Origin: a virus
DNA length: 64,000 bases
Direction: 5' to 3' (one strand)
UHGV virus genome: UHGV-1367859
Made by a program: the position numbers and the translations under genes. The notes below the pieces were generated by a model. That model searched no databases, was not told where the DNA came from, and saw only the letters and a program-made list of their open reading frames with translations. Below, piece after piece: positions 1 through 8,593 of this stretch. Position 1 is the stretch's first letter. Each line of letters opens with the position of its first letter.

Positions 1-244
1 TATATGGTGTCTGTCATAAGCTCTGTTAAGAAGGTCTATCTCCAATATGCCTGTCTTGAAGTCTCCTTGGAACTCATTGGTCACATTGGATTCATACTTG
101 TCTTCCATAGAATACCTTATAGGACTTCTTGGAATGTAACCATTACCATGCCTGGTAGTATAAGTTCTAGTGACTAGGTACAACTCTGCATCTTGAAGGA
201 TATTCTCTTGAATGCCATTAAGACCTACTTTTGAGGGAGTAACA

Positions 245-934
245 TTAGGATAGAATCCATTGTCCATTGTAGTCCATGAGATTGATATGATATACATCCC
301 ATGACTCCTGTACCCTATTGAGTAGCTGAGAAGCAGTCATAGAGTCCACCTCACTTGAGGTACCAAATAGAGTGTTGAACTCTGACTTGGTTATACTTCT
401 GTGAACAGGCTCATCACCAATGGTGATAAGTACACCCTTCTTACCTCTCTTTTCAATGTGGTCTGCACTAACATGGTTAGCAGCAAACCACCAGGCAAGA
501 TTATAAGACTCTCCACCATTACCACCACCATGTCCTTCGAGCCATATGGTCTTGAGCCACCTGTCAAGAAGCTCATCTGAAGACTCAAACTGGCCTACTT
601 GAATAGGTGCAAGGTCACTATATTGGTCTCCTATTCCTAAGAAACATACTTGTGGATGTGCAATCCCCTCATCCATGATTTTCTTCATGATTTCAGGGAA
701 GTCACTTGTGATGAGTTTGTGAGGAATCATGCCCATAGAACCAGTGACATCAAGTGCAATGATAATGGGAAGAGTCTCAGGATGTTCCTCACTATCCTTA
801 CACTCTCTTACCTTGTTCTTTATGTCCATGTCAGGACTCATGCTCCTCTGCTGGAACACCTCTTCTCTTGACATATGAGAGTTGCTTAGTTTCCTAGCAT
901 TATCTCTTATGTATGAATAACATCCACCTCCCAT
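245..934 (-). CDS. von Willebrand factor A (vWA) domain protein
   Basis: 229 aa ORF. The N-terminal IIIALDVTGSMG is a MIDAS-like DxTxS motif followed by a hydrophobic beta strand. TAA stop. Confidence 0.4.
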   Translation of the reverse strand: MGGGCYSYIRDNARKLSNSHMSREEVFQQRSMSPDMDIKNKVRECKDSEEHPETLPIIIALDVTGSMGMIPHKLITSDFPEIMKKIMDEGIAHPQVCFLGIGDQYSDLAPIQVGQFESSDELLDRWLKTIWLEGHGGGNGGESYNLAWWFAANHVSADHIEKRGKKGVLITIGDEPVHRSITKSEFNTLFGTSSEVDSMTASQLLNRVQESWDVYHINLMDYNGQWILS

Positions 935-1338
935 TACTCTTCAACTTTGAATTGATAGTTAGGAAGGACTTTGAGGATGGCACTCTTATCAGTGATAGGA
1001 CCAAAGAGATATTCATACCTCTCAATTACAATCTCAAGCTTGATAATAGCATCCCTCTTGTTGAGACCTATCTCTACATCCTTTGCAAGGAAGTCAGCAG
1101 GTTTGAAGTCAGAGGGTACTACATTGCCATTGAAGGCACTTGAGGGACTGAGGTCAAGGATGAGGTTTTCCCTATCCCTGTCATAGTTCCTTATCTGATG
1201 ACACAGGTCTTCAATCTGTCTCTTGTAGATAATCTCTACATCTTCTGCTACACTCTCAGCTCTTGACTCTTTGAGCTGCTTGAATGTTCTCATGAGGTCT
1301 GTCTTGAAGACACCATGTTTGTTTTCCATTTCTGCCAT
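934..1338 (-). CDS. hypothetical protein
   Basis: 134 aa ORF whose stop/start overlaps the neighbouring genes as ATGA/TAA junctions. Confidence 0.4.
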   Translation of the reverse strand: MAEMENKHGVFKTDLMRTFKQLKESRAESVAEDVEIIYKRQIEDLCHQIRNYDRDRENLILDLSPSSAFNGNVVPSDFKPADFLAKDVEIGLNKRDAIIKLEIVIERYEYLFGPITDKSAILKVLPNYQFKVEE

Positions 1339-1340
1339 AG

Positions 1341-1682
1341 TTATATTTCTTTGTTTAGAATGTTTATAAGTTTCTTCATTAGCTTACTATGTAACCTCCA
1401 GTAGGTGTTATCACCACAGTCATTGTCAGTATCTCTTCCTGCCTTAAGTCCCCATACTATCCAAAAGATGGGGAAAGTTATAAGACTGACCCATCCTATA
1501 TTACCAAGAGCTAAGAGGATAACCCACCAAAGTCTTACTTTGACAGGTTTCTCCTCTTTACTTCTTTCCCATCTCTTACAACCCCAACCATCTTCTACTT
1601 TTTCAAGCCAAAAATAAGTGGTGTTCTTGAGGATGGTAAGCTCTATGATAAATAGTATAATACCTATTACTATCCAGGTCAT
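1341..1682 (-). CDS. hypothetical membrane protein
   Basis: 113 aa with two hydrophobic segments (IVIGIILFIIELTIL and WWVILLALGNIGWVSLITFPIFWIVW). The start overlaps the upstream stop. Confidence 0.4.
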   Translation of the reverse strand: MTWIVIGIILFIIELTILKNTTYFWLEKVEDGWGCKRWERSKEEKPVKVRLWWVILLALGNIGWVSLITFPIFWIVWGLKAGRDTDNDCGDNTYWRLHSKLMKKLINILNKEI

Positions 1683-2470
1683 TTTGTAATATCCTTAAAT
1701 AGTGTAGGTACCTGACCATACTGAGGGAGTTTTCCATCCCACTTCTCAATCCACATCTTCTCAAGAATCTGAGGAGTGAGAGCCTGCTGTTTCAGCCTAT
1801 TGGCTTCAGCTTCTGCCTGTGCAGCCACAAGTAAGCTCTTTGCATTTGCCTCAGCTACAGCTACTTCATTCTGAGCTTTCTGAGCCTCTTGAATTGCCTT
1901 ATTCTTAGCATTTACAGCCTCTACAATAACAGCAGGGTACTTGAGACCTGAGGTAAGCTGTTCAAGCTGAAAATTCTCTCTGAGCAAGTCAGCAGCAAGA
2001 TACCTTTCAATGGCTGATTCAATGGAATCCCTGTTACTTACAATGTAGTCAGTAGTGAAGTTGTTGAGCTGGATTCTGAAGGCATTCTTTACATAGTTGT
2101 AGAGAGTTCCATTGATTACATCCTTCAGTTCTTTCCTGTACTTCTTAAATACAAGAGGGGACTTACCATCTACAATCTTAAGAGAGATAGTAGGGTCAAC
2201 TGTGAACTCTGAACCATCCTTTGCATTGATAGTGAAAGGCTCATAGTCTACTGTCTGCACAAAGGTAGGATACTCATACACACTCTGTGTGAAAGGATTA
2301 TACCATACCATGCCAGTACACATAGATACATCACCTACACCCTTGTCACCACCATAGAGGTTTACAAGGATACCTTCATGTCCTGCATCTACTTTTTCAC
2401 AGGAACTCATGCCAACCATAGCCATTACAGCTACAAGCAGCATCAGAATTTTACTTTTCATTGCTTTCAT
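1679..2470 (-). CDS. lipoprotein with SPFH/band-7-like domain
   Basis: The N-terminus MKAMKSKILMLLVAVMAMVGMSSC is a lipoprotein signal peptide with a lipobox Cys. The C-terminal Ala/Glu-rich coiled region (QEAQKAQNEVAVAEANAKSLLVAAQAEAEANRLKQ) is typical of band-7/HflK proteins. Confidence 0.4.
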   Translation of the reverse strand: MKAMKSKILMLLVAVMAMVGMSSCEKVDAGHEGILVNLYGGDKGVGDVSMCTGMVWYNPFTQSVYEYPTFVQTVDYEPFTINAKDGSEFTVDPTISLKIVDGKSPLVFKKYRKELKDVINGTLYNYVKNAFRIQLNNFTTDYIVSNRDSIESAIERYLAADLLRENFQLEQLTSGLKYPAVIVEAVNAKNKAIQEAQKAQNEVAVAEANAKSLLVAAQAEAEANRLKQQALTPQILEKMWIEKWDGKLPQYGQVPTLFKDITK

Positions 2471-2657
2471 TTTGCTTTTTGTTTATTTTAATTGATGTGA
2501 AACACTTAGTCTGTATAGACAATACTATGAATAGTACTCCTACAATAAAGCCAATTACATTGACTATATTGCTAGAGTATGTGAGCATATAGCCCACTTC
2601 TGTCAGTGCAATCATAAGCACTACTACCCAAATTGATAATGCTATGAAATTCTTCAT
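2451..2657 (-). CDS. small membrane protein
   Basis: 68 aa with two hydrophobic helices. TAA stop. Confidence 0.3.
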   Translation of the reverse strand: MKNFIALSIWVVVLMIALTEVGYMLTYSSNIVNVIGFIVGVLFIVLSIQTKCFTSIKINKKQNESNEK

Positions 2658-3377
2658 TTTATTATTAAGTTATAGTATCCTTCAGTATGAGTATTATAGT
2701 TATATATGAAGTGCCAAGAACCAAAGTGAATTTTTTCTCTGTAGTGAAGTTTTTCATCTATGACTTTGCTCATACATATCATACTACCATACCCAACTAT
2801 GTTCGCTTCTTTGGAAGCAAGGTAGAAAGGAAGAGGGGATATGAATACACTTTTAAGTTTTACTTGGGTGTAGCCTTCTCTAACATAGAATCTTCCAAGG
2901 AATACAGGTTGTCTCCAGTTAGATGCCTTCTTACACAGCTTGATTATCTCGCTCTGTGAGGGCATATTTTTCTCATTGGTAACTCTATAAAGTGGATTTA
3001 GAGTAGGCTGTATATACCTTCTTCTCTTCTTATAGTTAAGGATTCCATTTGTAATATAGAACCCACCCCCACCTTGAGATGTTTTCTTTCTTTTGTATAC
3101 TCCTATAAAACTCTCTTTTAAGGTTATACCTACGCACAGATTTACCACACCTCTTTAAGAACTCAGAGTAAACCTTGTCTATTGGCTTGCCTACATTTGC
3201 TAGTAGGAATTTCTCTAAGTATTCAGCGACATGTACAATTCCTATCCCTCCATATAACCCTCTCATACGCATGTGAGAACCCTCGAAATTCTTGAACTTC
3301 TTTGTTCCTCTTACGAACTTAGGAAATCCTCTACTTCTCTTGCCATTTCCACACCTTCTAACTTTGAATGTTATCAT
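2654..3377 (-). pseudogene. hypothetical gene split into two overlapping frames (2654..3148 and 3036..3377); possible frameshift or two overlapping genes
   Basis: The two ORFs (164 aa and 113 aa) overlap by 113 nt in different frames. Both are Lys/Arg-rich. Confidence 0.2.
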
Positions 3378-3601
3378 ATCTCAAACAGGTATTTATATAC
3401 TCTTCCTTTGTAACATGGACCATCCCAAGCATTGTACCACAGATAGACCCTATAGTGGGAGATAAGCACTACCACTTCAATCTTTGGTTCATAATGTCTG
3501 AACATGGGCCATATAGTACAAAAGAGAAGTACTGTAATTAGTATCATTATATCCATGTTGTTGAACTTTGCAAAAAAAAAGAGGTAAGGGAGTGAATACA
3601 C
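3374..3601 (-). CDS. small membrane protein
   Basis: 75 aa with the hydrophobic core MILITVLLFCTIWPMF. TGA stop overlaps the next start. Confidence 0.3.
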   Translation of the reverse strand: MYSLPYLFFFAKFNNMDIMILITVLLFCTIWPMFRHYEPKIEVVVLISHYRVYLWYNAWDGPCYKGRVYKYLFEI

Positions 3602-3640
3602 TCTCTCACCTCTTCTTGTACTTAAAGTACTTTTTTTTTG
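3571..3640 (-). terminator. Rho-independent terminator (minus-strand transcript)
   Basis: Imperfect hairpin gaggtaagggagtg/ctctctcacctc at 3581-3612. The flanking A-run at 3572-3580 is a T-run on the minus strand, placed after the end of gene 3645..4031(-). A second small palindrome gtacttaaagtac plus a T-run sits at 3619-3640. Confidence 0.5.
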
Positions 3641-3644
3641 CTAC

Positions 3645-4031
3645 TCAGTCATCCAAGACCTCATAGCTGAAGGAAGTTGCACCGAAGTTCTCTGCTATGA
3701 GACTGAGGTGATATTCAAGTCTTTGAGCAGTTGTCATATTCCCCCATACTTTGAGCATTCTTGCTGAGGGGATTTCCCTTCCATCAGTCATGTAGCTATA
3801 TGCCTCCTTGCTGATGGAGATGCACTGCTTTGCGGGCTTTGACTTCCTTGTATTGATGTGAAGGGTTTCTTTTTCTGTTACCAGTTTCTTTCCCTTCTTT
3901 ACCTGATGTTCCACTACTATTGTAGTGTGGTCAAAGGCATCTTTTTTTTTGGACATTTTTTCGCAGTCCTGCGAGCTTAGCATGGTAGCACCTGGTACTT
4001 CCATGCTAAGTCTTACTTTGATTTCACTCAT
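3645..4031 (-). CDS. hypothetical protein
   Basis: 128 aa ORF with a TGA stop. Confidence 0.4.
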   Translation of the reverse strand: MSEIKVRLSMEVPGATMLSSQDCEKMSKKKDAFDHTTIVVEHQVKKGKKLVTEKETLHINTRKSKPAKQCISISKEAYSYMTDGREIPSARMLKVWGNMTTAQRLEYHLSLIAENFGATSFSYEVLDD

Positions 4032-4207
4032 TCTTCTGAGGTTGTATCTTCTTTGTCTTTCTCGGCTTCCAGCTTAGCTTTCAACTCTTTCAGAGCTGTC
4101 ATTCTGAGCAAAGTGTTCTTGTGTAAAGTTTATTTTTGCCATTGTTTACTTTATTAGCCAGTTGAAGTATAATTTGTCAAGCCATACTCTAAGTAGGATT
4201 GAGAGAA

Positions 4208-4588
4208 TTATGACAATGACTGCAACAAATGCAGCTTGTTAGGAAGATAGAACCTTACCCAGCTATAGTAGATGTCTCCCTTGGTGAGTTTAGGCTCCCA
4301 ACCTCCATTAAGAGCCTTGCGGATGATGTCCAGTTTGTAGATGGCTATAAGGTGCTTGCCAAGTCCACACTCTGCCTCTTCTATTCTCTCTATGTCATAG
4401 TTTACATTGCCTTCACTAAGACCAAGAGCCTTGCAAGCATCCTCAAAGGTCTTGATGTCAGTGTAGTGTACTTCCTTGAGTTCATTCTCTGTGAAGGCTT
4501 GCAATGCTACCTCTCTGAGAGCATCATTGCCACTGTTATAGAACTCTTTAGCCTTGTCAAGAGTCAGTGTTACATTTCTTGTTTCCAT
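4208..4588 (-). CDS. hypothetical protein
   Basis: 126 aa ORF with a TAA stop. Confidence 0.4.
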   Translation of the reverse strand: METRNVTLTLDKAKEFYNSGNDALREVALQAFTENELKEVHYTDIKTFEDACKALGLSEGNVNYDIERIEEAECGLGKHLIAIYKLDIIRKALNGGWEPKLTKGDIYYSWVRFYLPNKLHLLQSLS

Positions 4589-4597
4589 TGTTTCTAT

Positions 4598-4918
4598 TTA
4601 GAATCTGAGTAATCTTTTAATTCTGTTCCATAAACCATTTGTGTTGTGATTAGGAGTGATATGCACTCCTTCTCTGTTGATGGTCCTGTTTCTCATGTTG
4701 CTCTCTGTACCTACCATGGTAAAGAGGCACCCTACATACTTGCTATGGTTGGGATTAGATAGTATATTATACCATCTCCATGAAATACTTGATACAGCTC
4801 TGTTGAGCTGCTGTGAAACTTCCCTGAAAGCTTGAGCTTTGTTGTGAGGATTTGCTTTTACAGCTTGGACTAAGACTTGGTCTTCCTCAGCAGTCCATCT
4901 TTTTTTTTGTTCTACCAT
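4598..4918 (-). CDS. Myb/SANT-like DNA-binding protein
   Basis: RWTAEEDQVLVQAV ... W ... WRWYNIL spacing resembles a Myb/SANT helix-turn-helix repeat. 106 aa. Confidence 0.35.
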   Translation of the reverse strand: MVEQKKRWTAEEDQVLVQAVKANPHNKAQAFREVSQQLNRAVSSISWRWYNILSNPNHSKYVGCLFTMVGTESNMRNRTINREGVHITPNHNTNGLWNRIKRLLRF

Positions 4919-4945
4919 TTTGTTTACTTGTAATTTGTTCAGTTG

Positions 4946-4970
4946 TGGAGCATGAGGGAGTCGAACCCTC
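4946..4970 (-). tRNA. orphan tRNA 3' fragment (T-arm plus acceptor 3' strand)
   Basis: The minus strand reads GAGGG-TTCGACT-CCCTC-ATGCTCC-A, a perfect T stem-loop followed by an acceptor 3' strand. No complementary GGAGCAT 5' strand was found within 600 nt. Confidence 0.35.
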
Positions 4971-5572
4971 GTCTTACAAACTTCACATAAGAGAATTGTA
5001 CATGCTTTTCAATTTGGAGTGTTTTCTTCACAGGGTTGACTAGTTGTCTTTCCACCACTCTGTTTTATTGTCCATAAACAGAGAAAAAGTTGGCTTACCT
5101 TCTCCGTGCATATCAGAGCTAATTAAGCACTAGGACCTCGGACTGCCAGTCTTAGTTTCCTTTCAGACTTTTGCACCTTTCTGTTTCCAAGCAAGTGCTG
5201 CTCAGAGTCAAGCTTATGCAGCCATTCTCACAGGAGTTTCATCAACTTCTGCATCTAAGTTTACTTGCTATTTATAGAGTATGCCCTCTTGCATGTTCTC
5301 TTACCTAATAATTTGCAATCAAATACCAGATATGCCCCAAATGTTGCTTCTTCAAAAAGAAAATCTTAAACAAAACTCCGAAGCAAGTTTTGTATTTAGC
5401 CTTATTCTTTACTAACCTTTTGTTTCTCTCCCTTGTAGTCTTCAATAAAGCGAACTTATCTTTTAGGAGCCTACATTAGAGTATGCAGGATACTGCCTTT
5501 TAGAGTCGAGGTCATGACTGTCTAATAAATCATTGGTGATTCCAGTGAGACTCGAACTCACAACCTACAGAT

Positions 5573-5989
5573 TTATCTGTGATGATTATGATGATAAATT
5601 CTATCACTATTCTTATTCTTGCTTTTGTATGTGTCTAACTGTGAGTCACAATTAGGGCAAACAAGTCTAAGATTAGTTCTAATATTGTTGTTAGCATGAC
5701 CATCAATGTGGTCAAGTATAAATACTAATGGTTTATTATTCCAAGTATCAACACATCCACAAATAGAACATTTATGTTCTTGTTCTTTTAGGATATGTTT
5801 CTTTACCCAAAACATATTACTCTGTCCTTCATACTCTTCGGGATGTTGTAAATATCTTTGGTATTTTTGCTTGGATTGGTATTCCATCTGGCATTTATTT
5901 GAACAATACTTTCCAGACATATTATATGCTGGATAAAATTCATCACCACAATTTACGCAGATACAATTACTTCTTCTCTTTGGATTCAT
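5573..5989 (-). CDS. HNH homing endonuclease (inside the split tRNA)
   Basis: 138 aa with Cys-rich zinc knuckles and a ...LDHIDGH...N...LVCPNCDSQ HNH core. Its paralogue sits at 12822. The TAA stop lies 1 nt before the tRNA 3' exon. Confidence 0.7.
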   Translation of the reverse strand: MNPKRRSNCICVNCGDEFYPAYNMSGKYCSNKCQMEYQSKQKYQRYLQHPEEYEGQSNMFWVKKHILKEQEHKCSICGCVDTWNNKPLVFILDHIDGHANNNIRTNLRLVCPNCDSQLDTYKSKNKNSDRIYHHNHHR

Positions 5990-6009
5990 AATATATAAAT
6001 TTATTTTAG

Positions 6010-6082
6010 TCTCCCCTCCCAGACTCGAACTGGGGTTTATGGTTTAGAAGACCATTGTTACTATCCGCTGAACTAAGGGGAG
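6010..6082 (-). tRNA. tRNA-Arg(TCT)
   Basis: Cloverleaf with acceptor CTCCCCT/AGGGGAG, anticodon stem ATGGT/ACCAT, loop CTTCTAA and T-loop TTCGAGT. Confidence 0.7.
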
Positions 6083-6345
6083 TTATGCAAAGTTAGTAAT
6101 AAATTTCTATACTATGAAATCCTTAGAGTTAAAGTATCTTAAGTCTGTTGCTCTATCCATTTGAGCTATGGAACCATTTGCATCACTTCTTTACGTATAT
6201 TGCTAATGCTACTAGATATATGGCATCAAGTGTCATACCTATCAAATAGAATAGGCTGGCTACAGTAATTGCTATGCACTGAAAAATCAGTATTGCTTTC
6301 TCCATTGTTTCTGTTTTCATTTTCCTTCTTACTTTAATTGTTTAG

Positions 6346-6419
6346 TACCCCCAGAAGGACTCGAACCTTCCACCTACAGTTTAGGAAACTGTTGCTCTAT
6401 CCTGATGAGCTATGAGGGC
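6346..6419 (-). tRNA. tRNA-Arg(CCT)
   Basis: Acceptor GCCCTCA/TGGGGGT, D arm GCTC..GAGC, anticodon stem ACAGT/ACTGT, loop TTCCTAA and T arm GAAGG-TTCGAGT-CCTTC. Confidence 0.7.
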
Positions 6420-6509
6420 AAGTAAAAACTCCACATTATCTTCACAGACTATGTGAAGTGTTGCGACGTCATCCTAAAATAATCATCTTTTTACCTTAAA
6501 AAACACAAA

Positions 6510-6740
6510 TCACAATTCATCATCAGGCATTCCTCCGAAGAGTTTATTTCCTGAGAGTATATCAAATTCTTCCTCTGTGATAGTCTTGTAGCATACATAT
6601 ATGAGTAATGCTACAATACCTGTTGCAGGAAAGAAATAACCTTGGTCATAGATGCTGTCTACTCCACATATAGAGAACATAGCCATTACCATGGTAGTGT
6701 AGAGTAGGAGTCCTTTAAGGACAAGTTTCATTGTCTTCAT
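6510..6740 (-). CDS. small membrane protein
   Basis: 76 aa with two TM segments. TGA stop. Confidence 0.3.
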   Translation of the reverse strand: MKTMKLVLKGLLLYTTMVMAMFSICGVDSIYDQGYFFPATGIVALLIYVCYKTITEEEFDILSGNKLFGGMPDDEL

Positions 6741-6777
6741 ATGTCTCTTTCTGGTTTTTCTGTTGTGAGTGCGCCAC

Positions 6778-7104
6778 CTACCATATAGAAGGTAATGCCC
6801 TTAAATGATTTCCTTCTCTCTCTCTTGCCTGCTTTATTGCTTTGGCTTTGTCATAAGTCTTTTTCACAGCAGTTCTATTAGCTGTGTTATACTCCTCAAG
6901 TATTATAGCATAACTGTGTATATCCATATCTACTAGAGTATATGTCTTTGAGTATTTGACAAGATTGTTCCTTTTGAGAGCAGCCCAGAAATGAGATGAC
7001 TTTGGACAGCCACATTCTTTCAGGATTATATCCCATTGCTTCTTGGTGAAGCTTAAGTTATTGAACCAGGATAATCTTTCAACAACTTGTTCTTGCTGTG
7101 TCAT
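6778..7104 (-). CDS. hypothetical protein (ends at TAG)
   Basis: 108 aa. It is the only early minus-strand gene ending in TAG. Read-through would add 21 codons before a TAA at about 6715. Confidence 0.4.
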   Translation of the reverse strand: MTQQEQVVERLSWFNNLSFTKKQWDIILKECGCPKSSHFWAALKRNNLVKYSKTYTLVDMDIHSYAIILEEYNTANRTAVKKTYDKAKAIKQAREREGNHLRALPSIW

Positions 7105-7109
7105 TTGAT

Positions 7110-7403
7110 TTATTCATTGATACCTAACTCTTGTTTGATTTGGGTCTGTACTTCTTTAGGTAGGTAATACTTATATTCCTTGCCTGTCTTCTTTGATACT
7201 CTCTTGACATAACAAGCACCTTTCTTAGTGATAAAGATAGGATACTTGTTACCTTGTTTGTCTTCCCAAATATACTTGGTCTGAGTATCATTTGCAGTAG
7301 ATTTGGTTTGTTCAACCTTGAAGGTGTCACCTTCTCTTTTGACCTCTGCATATCCTGTTACTGCAAATATTGATAGGAGAATGCAGATTATGAGCTTTTT
7401 CAT
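7110..7403 (-). CDS. secreted protein with signal peptide
   Basis: The track ORF is 7110..7493. The probable start is the internal Met giving MKKLIICILLSIFAVTGYAEV, a signal peptide. Confidence 0.4.
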   Translation of the reverse strand: MKKLIICILLSIFAVTGYAEVKREGDTFKVEQTKSTANDTQTKYIWEDKQGNKYPIFITKKGACYVKRVSKKTGKEYKYYLPKEVQTQIKQELGINE

Positions 7404-7538
7404 CGTTTGTTTTTGTGTTCTGAGTATTTTATTAGAAGGAAAAAGATGAAGAATAGTATGATTGTTCCTATTATTAGGTCTAAGTTTTTCCATTGATTAG
7501 TCAGTAAAAACAGTTATACATTATAGATTAAGCCCAAT

Positions 7539-7805
7539 TTAGATGTCCCCGTCAGAGAGCCATTTACATAGGAGGATTGCCAATGCCCAACAAACGAGCA
7601 TTGCAGTAAAGAATAGTAAAATATCCATATTATTAATATTCAAGGGATTACAGTAGAAAAGAGGGATAATAGAGAAGGAATGTTTTATCCTATCCCATAC
7701 TATCCCTCTTGTATAGAGTGTCAAGTAACAGAACATTCTATATCCACTATCAACATTAATACCTTTCAAGTGTAAGACACATAATAGGATACTATTAATG
7801 TTCAA
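7539..7805 (-). CDS. hypothetical small membrane protein
   Basis: 88 aa with the hydrophobic C-terminal segment LLFFTAMLVCWALAILLC. Confidence 0.3.
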   Translation of the reverse strand: MNINSILLCVLHLKGINVDSGYRMFCYLTLYTRGIVWDRIKHSFSIIPLFYCNPLNINNMDILLFFTAMLVCWALAILLCKWLSDGDI

Positions 7806-7822
7806 ACATTATTAATGTTCAG

Positions 7823-7858
7823 AGGATAAAAAGGGGAGCAGGCTTTCGCCTGCCCTCC
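7823..7858 (-). terminator. Rho-independent terminator (minus strand)
   Basis: GC-rich hairpin ggggagcaggc-tttc-gcctgccctcc. The A-run at 7828-7832 is a T-run on the minus strand, right after the gene end at 7860. Confidence 0.6.
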
Positions 7859-7859
7859 A

Positions 7860-8174
7860 TCAGAACTCTGCTACTACAGGTGCACCGCCCTGACCTTCCT
7901 CATGGAGGAGGTAGAACTGCTCACCTTCATTGCCTTTGACAAGGCTAATCATTGGGTGTGCAGGTACACCTTTGGCTGCAACTGCGCCTGTCTTTGCGCC
8001 GAAGGTGAAGAAGAGCTTGCCTGTGTTGGGATTCTTCTTCACTTGGATTTTGTCTACGCGCTTTTCAGCTTTGAACTGTTCGACTGTGAGAGTGTCGAGG
8101 AACTCAAGGTTTTTGTTTGCTTCCATTTGATTGTGGATTAAACGATTGAACATTTTGCCTACCAGGGGTAACAC
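7860..8174 (-). CDS. hypothetical protein
   Basis: 104 aa ORF with a TGA stop. Confidence 0.4.
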   Translation of the reverse strand: MLPLVGKMFNRLIHNQMEANKNLEFLDTLTVEQFKAEKRVDKIQVKKNPNTGKLFFTFGAKTGAVAAKGVPAHPMISLVKGNEGEQFYLLHEEGQGGAPVVAEF

Positions 8175-8302
8175 CCCATTGGGCTAAGTGATGGGGAGGG
8201 TGTGGTTGGTGTATCCCCCACTCACGACAATATCCAAAAAATTTTTTTAAAAAAAAAATTAAAATTTTTCCTTAGCCTCTTGCATATATCAGATATTTTT
8301 AC

Positions 8303-8310
8303 TAACTTTG
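8303..8310 (+). promoter_or_regulatory. Bacteroidetes-type -7 promoter box TAACTTTG
   Basis: The context cttgcatatatcagatatttttactaactttgcac is almost identical to the element at 11504-11540. It sits in the divergent intergenic region. Confidence 0.5.
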
Positions 8311-8593
8311 CACCCACTAGGACATAACAAGTACTAGGCTACATATCCAACCTACTAAGGTTGAAGAGGTTAAGATAGTTGAGAAGTCTCCAAGCCAACA
8401 TGGGAAAGTAAAGGATACCATAAGTAGGGCAGAGGTAATTGGAGCTTGAGATAAGAAGAGAAGAACTAATAGTATATAAACGCCTTCAATGCTATCTTAA
8501 TACTATACCAGAGAGCTTAATTGGTGAATTGCTCTAGGTCTCTTTATATCTTTAAGTGAATAGGTTGATTATGGTAGCTAGGAATTAGAATAA

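Larger units (their letters stand above)
5534..6175 (-). tRNA. split tRNA gene: 5' exon about 6137-6175, 3' exon 5534-5572 with encoded CCA, separated by a roughly 570-nt insertion or intron
   Basis: The 5' half is GGTTCCA-TA-GCTC-AAATGGATA-GAGC-A-ACAGA-CTTAAGA... The 3' half is ...A-TCTGT-AGGTT-GTGAG-TTCGAGT-CTCAC-TGGAATC-A-CCA. The acceptor stems pair 7/7 with one G.U and the anticodon stems pair 5/5. The intervening DNA holds tRNA-Arg(TCT) and an HNH ORF. Confidence 0.55.

Noticed and set aside
1-212. Possible small or partial minus-strand genes at the window start (ATG at 212 with a TAG; ATG at 77 running off the edge)
   Set aside because: The reading frames are very short and I could not support them beyond being open. 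Left unannotated.
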